Of a DNA stretch of 64,000 bases, positions 58,229 through 64,000 are shown piece after piece. How positions within the stretch are numbered: position 1 is the first letter of the stretch; each line of letters opens with the position of its first letter. This stretch comes from Alphaproteobacteria bacterium (lineage in GTDB: Bacteria; Pseudomonadota; Alphaproteobacteria; Bin95). The position numbers and the translations under genes are program-made. Where the stretch lies: contig JAURGE010000008.1 of assembly GCA_030833925.1 (NCBI GenBank), positions 6,617 through 70,616 of the forward strand, in the 5' to 3' direction. Under the pieces are notes generated by a model. That model was not told the DNA's origin, made no database searches, and saw only the letters and a program-made list of their open reading frames with translations.

Positions 58229-58615
58229 ATGCCAATTAGTATCACTAGACTAGATCACTTGGTTCTAACGGTTCGTGATATCGAAGCCACGCGCAAATTC
58301 TACGAAGATGTTCTAGGTATGGAGATGCGAGGCTTTGGGGACGGACGCTTCGCCTTACATTTTGGCAATCAAAAACTGAATTTGCATGAAGCCGACCACC
58401 CCATTGACCCAAATGTTCGTCATGCAACGCCTGGGTCTGCAGACCTTTGTTTCATCACTGAAACGCCAATCGATGAGGTTGCATCCCAACTAACTGCTCT
58501 AAATATTCCTATTATAACTGGACCAGGGGAACGTACAGGGGCCCAAGGGCCTCTGCTATCGGTATATGTCTATGACCCAGACGAAAATCTTATAGAGATT
58601 GCGAATTGCATTTAG
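58229..58615 (+). CDS. VOC/glyoxalase family protein
   Basis: LDHLVLTV.DIEAT..FY, QKLNLH, PGSADLCF, RTGA.G, DPDENLIE. Confidence 0.9.
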   Translation: MPISITRLDHLVLTVRDIEATRKFYEDVLGMEMRGFGDGRFALHFGNQKLNLHEADHPIDPNVRHATPGSADLCFITETPIDEVASQLTALNIPIITGPGERTGAQGPLLSVYVYDPDENLIEIANCI

Positions 58616-58696
58616 TTAATCACATATAAGATTGCACCAGACCCTTTGCTTCAGCGCATTCGCTAATTTCTCTGACAATAAAGATTTTAAAAATTT

Positions 58697-59593
58697 CTAA
58701 AAACACGAAATAAGATTGCGGCCTATCTCATCCAAAAGCTGAGTATAAAAATTGGGTCCATTTGGAATATTGCTCCCTAAAGGATCGATGATCCCAAGGC
58801 GGACATTGCCTTTATTCGATAAAACTTCGACTAACTTTGGCGGATATTGTGGCTCAGTAAGCACACAAACTTCTGGATATTCACTCAGAGTCTCTCGAAG
58901 TTCTGCTAGTCTGCGAGCGCTTAGCGGAGCTGCGTCGCTATCTTTGAGGGAGCCGATAAATTTCAACTCAAACCGGCGTTCAAGGTACTGATAGGCATCG
59001 TGGTAGGCTGCAAATGGTTTTGTTTTTATCGTCGATAATTTATCGCTAAGAACTGCAAATGTTCTTTCTATTTCCGCCTGGCCAGCTTTGGCGTTGACAC
59101 GATAGCCTGAAGCATTCTGGGGATCCAAAGTGGCCAGCGTTTCAGCGATAGTGTTTAGCCATCTGGAAGCTATTTCTGGGTCAAGCCAAGCATGAGGATC
59201 AAATTGCTTGTGGGAATCGAAATGCTGGTGCGAATGACCATGGCTGTGCGTGGTCTGGACTGGAAGCAGCAATTCGCCAGATAAAGGAAGTAACGCTACC
59301 GATTCTGCATTTCGCGCAATATTTTCAATGGGCTTCTGAAGCCAAGGCGTCAAAGACGAGCCAACCCAAAAGACCACATTTGCTTGGCTCAGTGTTTTAG
59401 TCTTGGAAGGGGATAAGCTAAAATAATGGGCCGAGACCCCTGGCGGTACTATAAGACTCGGACTTCCAACACCAGTCATCACCCGAGAGACTAGACCATG
59501 CACTGGTGCTATATCGGTAATAACTTGAGGAGCAGCCGATGATTGAACTGAGGAAAAGGCACTCAACAGAAGAGCACAAAAAATAATACGCAT
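58697..59593 (-). CDS. znuA: Zinc ABC transporter substrate-binding protein
   Basis: Signal peptide, SAHYFSLSPS, His-rich loop HSHGHSHQH, DPHAWLDP, HDAYQY, DPLG; divergent from zur-znuCB. Confidence 0.92.
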   Translation of the reverse strand: MRIIFCALLLSAFSSVQSSAAPQVITDIAPVHGLVSRVMTGVGSPSLIVPPGVSAHYFSLSPSKTKTLSQANVVFWVGSSLTPWLQKPIENIARNAESVALLPLSGELLLPVQTTHSHGHSHQHFDSHKQFDPHAWLDPEIASRWLNTIAETLATLDPQNASGYRVNAKAGQAEIERTFAVLSDKLSTIKTKPFAAYHDAYQYLERRFELKFIGSLKDSDAAPLSARRLAELRETLSEYPEVCVLTEPQYPPKLVEVLSNKGNVRLGIIDPLGSNIPNGPNFYTQLLDEIGRNLISCF

Positions 59594-59618
59594 CTCTCAC
59601 CTTTTAGTTTTACCAGAT

Positions 59619-59635
59619 ATGTAATAACATAACGT
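59619..59635. promoter_or_regulatory. Zur box
   Basis: ATGTAATAACATAACGT is an imperfect palindrome of the TGTTAT-N3-ATAACA type between divergent znuA and zur. Confidence 0.75.
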
Positions 59636-59667
59636 TTCTAATATGCAATTAGAAAAGAGTTACTGCT

Positions 59668-60144
59668 ATGCGTGCCTTTGAAGAGCATGACCATCAGAAG
59701 TGTCGTCAGGCTGGGATCGCTGTCGCTGAGGCTAAGTGTAAAGCTGCAGGCGTCCGACTGACAGATGTTCGTCGGCGCGTTCTAGAAATCCTTTTGGAGA
59801 GCCATCAGGCAATTGGTGCCTATCAAGTTTTGGCCCGTCTGCAAGAGGAAGGCCATGGAAGTCATCCTCCCCTCGCTTACAGAGCCCTCGAATTTCTTGT
59901 TCAAAACGGTCTAGCCCATAAGCTGGAAAGCGCCAACGCATTCGTAGCATGCGCAGCACCGGAGGTGGGACATAACCCAGCTTTCTTCATTTGCCGATTA
60001 TGTGGGTCCGTAGCAGAAGATGAAGACTTCTCAATCGCCCGAGCCCTCAACAAAGTAGCAAACGAAGCCAAATTTAAAGTGGAAACGACTGCTGTTGAAC
60101 TTGAAGGCCTATGTTCTTTTTGCCAGCAAGGTTGTGAATTGTGA
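59668..60144 (+). CDS. zur: Zinc uptake regulator (Fur family)
   Basis: HDHQKC N-terminus, RLT..RRRVL, AYRALEFL, CRLC and CSFC Zn sites; heads znuCB. Confidence 0.9.
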   Translation: MRAFEEHDHQKCRQAGIAVAEAKCKAAGVRLTDVRRRVLEILLESHQAIGAYQVLARLQEEGHGSHPPLAYRALEFLVQNGLAHKLESANAFVACAAPEVGHNPAFFICRLCGSVAEDEDFSIARALNKVANEAKFKVETTAVELEGLCSFCQQGCEL

Positions 60145-60890
60145 CACTACTAATTGAAACACGCGGCCTTACAATCGACCTCTCCGGTCAGACAGTGCTC
60201 AAGCATGTAGATTTTGCCGTTACTAGAGGTGAAATCGTCGTAATTGTTGGCCCAAATGGATCTGGAAAAACCACTTTCTTGCGGGCCCTCATTGGCGCTG
60301 TAAAACCCAGTTCTGGCTCAGCCTATCGAAAGCCTGATTTGCGGATTGGATATGTACCCCAGAGACTCACAGTGGACAAAACAATGCCACTACAGGTAGC
60401 TGACTTCCTAAGCTTGCCACAAAGCCACAGCCGAGAGGATATTTCAAAAGCGCTCAAAACCGCTGGCGCAGAAGGATTAGGGAAACGGCAACTATCTGAG
60501 CTTTCTGGCGGTCAATTTCAAAAAGCTGTTCTCGCAAGAGCTATCCTTGGACAACCGGATGTATTGGTGCTGGATGAACCCACCCAAGGCCTGGACCAAC
60601 CTGGAGAGGCTGATTTTTACAAGCTAATCGAAGACATCCGGCAAGAGATTGGCTGCGCCATAATACTGGTCAGCCACGACCTTCACGTCGTAATGCGGGC
60701 TGCCGACAGAGTCATCTGCCTTAATGGTCATATCTGCTGCGAAGGAGCACCAACTGCTGTAGCTACAGCGCCTGAATATCAGGCTCTGTTTGGCCATGGC
60801 ACTAAAGGAACACTTGCTCTGTATCGCCATGAACACGATCACCACCATCACGACCACTCTAATGAAAACATCAAGGATCAGTCACATTGA
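60141..60890 (+). CDS. znuC: Zinc ABC transporter ATP-binding protein
   Basis: GPNGSGKT, LSGGQFQ, LDEPTQG, CLNGHICC, His-rich tail. Confidence 0.93.
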   Translation: MTLLIETRGLTIDLSGQTVLKHVDFAVTRGEIVVIVGPNGSGKTTFLRALIGAVKPSSGSAYRKPDLRIGYVPQRLTVDKTMPLQVADFLSLPQSHSREDISKALKTAGAEGLGKRQLSELSGGQFQKAVLARAILGQPDVLVLDEPTQGLDQPGEADFYKLIEDIRQEIGCAIILVSHDLHVVMRAADRVICLNGHICCEGAPTAVATAPEYQALFGHGTKGTLALYRHEHDHHHHDHSNENIKDQSH

Positions 60891-61672
60891 TACTGGATGA
60901 TTTCCTCATTCGGGCTGGCCTCGCAGGAATTGGACTGGCCGCTGCAGCGGGCCCTCTAGGTTGCTTCGTTGTTTGGCGTCGAATGGCCTATTTTTCCGAC
61001 GCAACTGCTCACGCCGCTTTGCTCGGAGTGGCTCTGGCTCTTGCCTTCTCGTTTCCAACTTATTTAGGCGTATTGATTGCAGCAACTGCCATCGCAACAT
61101 CAACGATGCTCTCTATTAATAAGGCTACTGCGACAGATACCATATTGGGAGTTGTTGCCCATTCAGCTTTAGCACTTGGCCTAGTTGCTGTATCGCTAAC
61201 TGCAGCTACCCGGCTTGATCTGATGGCCTTTTTGTTCGGCGACATACTGGCCGTTAGCATCCAAGACCTTATTTTCATATGGATTGGAGCAATAGTTGTG
61301 TCAGGCCTGATGATTTGGCGTTGGCGTGCGCTTCTAGCCATAACAATCAATGCTGATCTTGCATTTGCAAGTGGCATCAACGCTAAGCGTGAACAAGCGA
61401 TTTTAACTTTTGCACTAGCAATGACAGTTGCAATTTCCATTAAAATTGTTGGTGCCTTGCTCATCGGCGCAATGCTAATCATCCCAGCCGCTTCCGCACG
61501 CGGTCTTGTAAAGTCTCCAGCAATGATGGCGTTTGCAGCGATTGCCATTGGCTCATGTTCCACCATAAGCGGGCTAGGCGCATCCTATTTGTGGGATACG
61601 CCAACTGGCCCCACCATCGTTGCAATGGCGACGGTGTTTTTCATGTTGAGCAAATTTAACCCCCGAGCCTAG
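60887..61672 (+). CDS. znuB: Zinc ABC transporter permease
   Basis: GPLGCFVVWRRMAYF.D..AH, LFGDIL, KIVGALLI, DTPTGP. Confidence 0.93.
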   Translation: MILDDFLIRAGLAGIGLAAAAGPLGCFVVWRRMAYFSDATAHAALLGVALALAFSFPTYLGVLIAATAIATSTMLSINKATATDTILGVVAHSALALGLVAVSLTAATRLDLMAFLFGDILAVSIQDLIFIWIGAIVVSGLMIWRWRALLAITINADLAFASGINAKREQAILTFALAMTVAISIKIVGALLIGAMLIIPAASARGLVKSPAMMAFAAIAIGSCSTISGLGASYLWDTPTGPTIVAMATVFFMLSKFNPRA

Positions 61673-62592
61673 AGCCGGAGAATATATTCCGCGAGCGCCA
61701 CTTTATCGGCATCGGTGCGCATTATCGTTTGCGCCACTTCAACTTCTACACCGTTAATTTTGGACATATTTGATGTTTCTACGTCCGTTTCATCGATAAC
61801 CATTACATTCAGAAAATCTTTGTATTTTTCAGCTACAGCAATTGGCGATGGCGTAAATCCAAGTTCCCTAAACATCTTTGCTGTTGGCCCCTTGATTGCC
61901 TCGCCATTAACAATCGGAGAGATGGCAATTACAGGGGCAGAGGCTTCAATAAGCGAATGCCTTATCCCTGGAACAGCCAATATTGGGTCGATCGAAATGA
62001 AAGGGTTAGAAGGGCAGATCACTATCCGGTCTGCCTTCTGAATAGCTGTCAAAAGACCCGATGGAGGTAGAGCCTGCGCTACCCCTTCAAATCGAAACCC
62101 TGTCACTTTAGGCAATGATTGACGTTGAACAAAATACCTTTGGAAGGGTAGCAGACCCTCTTCCACGGTCTCAACTATTGTCGATACAGACGTATCGCTC
62201 ATTGGCAAAATACGTGCCGAAATGCCAAGGGTTCGGCGAAAATACTCAGTAACAGTGGACAAGGACTGGCCTTTATCAAGAGCTTCGCGTCTCAGCACAT
62301 GCATAGCGAGGTCACGATCACCAAGATTGAACCAGGTTTCACCCCCTAGTTTTTCGAGGGCGCCCATAAAAGCCCAGGTTTCATCTCTTAGCCCCCAGCC
62401 TCGGACGTCATCGTTCAAACCTGAAAGGGTATATATCAGCGTGTCTATATCAGGCGATACTGGCAAACCATGATGGCAGAAGTCATCACCAGTATTAGCG
62501 ATAATGGTAAGATCGTCAGAGGCGATCATCCGATTCAGGCCAAATGCTAACTTTGCGCCACCAACGCCACCAGATAACGCGACTACTTTCAT
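61669..62592 (-). CDS. cofD: 2-phospho-L-lactate/PEP transferase (F420 biosynthesis)
   Basis: LSGGVGGAKL, ANTGDD, SPDIDT..YTL, WFNLGDRDLA.H, PSNPFISIDPIL, KGPTAKM. Confidence 0.93.
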   Translation of the reverse strand: MKVVALSGGVGGAKLAFGLNRMIASDDLTIIANTGDDFCHHGLPVSPDIDTLIYTLSGLNDDVRGWGLRDETWAFMGALEKLGGETWFNLGDRDLAMHVLRREALDKGQSLSTVTEYFRRTLGISARILPMSDTSVSTIVETVEEGLLPFQRYFVQRQSLPKVTGFRFEGVAQALPPSGLLTAIQKADRIVICPSNPFISIDPILAVPGIRHSLIEASAPVIAISPIVNGEAIKGPTAKMFRELGFTPSPIAVAEKYKDFLNVMVIDETDVETSNMSKINGVEVEVAQTIMRTDADKVALAEYILRL

Positions 62593-63362
62593 CGAAAAAG
62601 ATCGTCAGCTGACGGGCGGACTAGATCAGCGCCACTTTGGTTATCATCTAATAAATTTAAACCCCTAAGAACCGCCACTGGAGTTCCCTCAGCCGCCTCA
62701 CCTATTAACAAATTAGCCGCTGCGGCAATCTCATCACCCGTCCCTACTATAGAAACCTTCAACTCGCGTCCCTGCATATCGAGTTGGCCGCGAATATCAT
62801 CAACCGTCCTGACACCTGATGCACCAAGAGCTAATCCCACTGTTCCAACACGCCAAGCACGACCAACGCTATCAGCTACAACAACCCCTATCCGGACACC
62901 AAAATGGGCTTCAAGACCAAGTCGAAGATTTTTAGCCGAAGCATCAGGGTCTTTTGGAAGCAATAAAACGCGATTTCCGTCCGCACCAATAATATTAGAT
63001 TGATCGGCTCCAGCATTAGCCATAACCCAGCCTCGCACATGCTCAACCACCAGCAAATTCGGCCGCCAACGCAGAACACATGCACTTTCGTCCAAAATAG
63101 CCTGAACTAACCGCGGGTCTTTGCCAGTTTTTTCAGCCCAGTCGAGAGCTTCCATGCCAGGTTCCACATCTGAAAGCTCGATGTACCGGCCTTCTGCCTT
63201 CGATACAATTTTCTGAGCAACCACAACTATATCTCCGTTGTGCAATTGCTCTCCGGTTTGTTCTAACGCAGTGGTGACATGCAGAATAAGGCTATCACCT
63301 GGATGTACTTCTGGAATTCCAGAAACGGTGAAGGCCTGAAAGGAACGGGAATGGATTGGCAT
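62589..63362 (-). CDS. cofE: Coenzyme F420-0:L-glutamate ligase (single domain)
   Basis: GIPEVHPGD, VAQKIVSKAEGR, ANAGADQSN, LLPKDPDASA, DSVGRAWR.G, EGTP, DLFR. ATGA overlap with cofD. Confidence 0.93.
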   Translation of the reverse strand: MPIHSRSFQAFTVSGIPEVHPGDSLILHVTTALEQTGEQLHNGDIVVVAQKIVSKAEGRYIELSDVEPGMEALDWAEKTGKDPRLVQAILDESACVLRWRPNLLVVEHVRGWVMANAGADQSNIIGADGNRVLLLPKDPDASAKNLRLGLEAHFGVRIGVVVADSVGRAWRVGTVGLALGASGVRTVDDIRGQLDMQGRELKVSIVGTGDEIAAAANLLIGEAAEGTPVAVLRGLNLLDDNQSGADLVRPSADDLFR

Positions 63363-63372
63363 AATGGTCCAA

Positions 63373-64000
63373 CTATAAAGCTTGGGCGAGCATGACCCCG
63401 CCCTCCCAAATCATTTTGAGAGCCACGTAAAGTATTAATAGCAAGCCAACATAAGCAATCCAGCGATTTCTTTCGAGAAGGCGTGCAATCCAAGTCGCAG
63501 CAACTCCCATTAGCGCAACTGACAGAAAAAGGCCAAAAGCCATGATATAGGGGTGGTCATGCGCTGCACCGGCTACCGCCAAAACGTTATCGAGGGACAT
63601 TGTCAAATCAGCGACCAAGATTTGCACAATTGCCTGCCGAAGCGTCTTTTGCTTCGGTACAGAAACACTCGGACATTCCTCCCTTACGTTTAACGTCTCG
63701 CTAGACGAGGAAGATTGCAGGCTCGAGTGATTATCCCTGAGTTCTCGCCAAAGTTTCCAAGCAACCCACAGCAACAACACACCACCAGCAGCCATTAGCC
63801 CAACAATCGTCATCAGTTGGGCTGCAACAAGAGCGAACATAACTCTCATTAGCATCGCTGCAACGATGCCAATCATGATTGCTTTAGCTCGTAGTTCCTT
63901 TGACAACCCCGCAGCAGCCATTGCAACAATAACCGCGTTATCGCCAGCTAGAACTATATCAATACCAATAACCGTAGAGAGGGCCGTGAGTTGGTTCAGT
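63373..64000 (-). CDS. TerC family integral membrane protein (YjbE-like), 5' end beyond window
   Basis: The frame stays open to the window edge: LNQLTALSTVIGIDIVLAGDNAVIVAMAA..., then ADLTMSLDNVLAVAGAA. Both TerC D-x-x-x-x-D-N metal motifs are present. Confidence 0.9.
   Translation of the reverse strand, partial: LNQLTALSTVIGIDIVLAGDNAVIVAMAAAGLSKELRAKAIMIGIVAAMLMRVMFALVAAQLMTIVGLMAAGGVLLLWVAWKLWRELRDNHSSLQSSSSSETLNVREECPSVSVPKQKTLRQAIVQILVADLTMSLDNVLAVAGAAHDHPYIMAFGLFLSVALMGVAATWIARLLERNRWIAYVGLLLILYVALKMIWEGGVMLAQAL

Noticed and set aside
60828..60857. CAC/CAT-rich repeat-like stretch
   Set aside because: It encodes the normal His-rich tail of ZnuC.
1..64000. CRISPR arrays, IS elements, prophage or defence systems, riboswitches
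   Set aside because: No regularly spaced repeats or transposase, integrase, phage or defence motifs were recognised. Intergenic regions are short and none matched a riboswitch I could identify by eye; a covariance-model scan would be needed to exclude them.

Overview
A gene-dense chromosomal segment of roughly 50% GC (by eye) from an alphaproteobacterium. The dapF-mtaB-ftsY order, coxG-coxSLM, NDUFA9-like gene and znuA/zur-znuCB point to this group, and the content suggests a marine, Rhodospirillales-like heterotroph. It holds about 57 CDS and one tRNA-Val(CAC). I found no rRNA, CRISPR array, integrase or transposase. Catabolic and redox enzymes dominate: two xanthine-oxidase-family Mo large subunits, two luciferase-like flavin monooxygenases, three hydantoinase/oxoprolinase subunits, two Rieske oxygenase alpha subunits plus one beta, D-amino-acid and D-2-hydroxyacid enzymes, and the F420 biosynthesis genes cofE-cofD. 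Transporters include TRAP, ModBC, MFS, LivH, RND, ZnuABC, an antiporter and TerC. Zur is the only transcription factor recognised. The best leads are: (i) an orphan Mo-hydroxylase large subunit with the catalytic Glu replaced by Gln, tightly coupled to an NtaA-type monooxygenase; (ii) a partial F420 module (terC-cofE-cofD) with candidate clients and a stand-alone nitroreductase; (iii) a reductase-less double-Rieske cluster divergent from an uncharacterised GWTDGLP-family gene; (iv) an 81-aa stand-alone ParB/Srx-fold protein downstream of tRNA-Val and meaB; (v) a possible decayed ffh leader and 5' end upstream of dapF; (vi) many multi-subunit systems that each lack a partner gene. All family calls come from motif recognition, not database searches.
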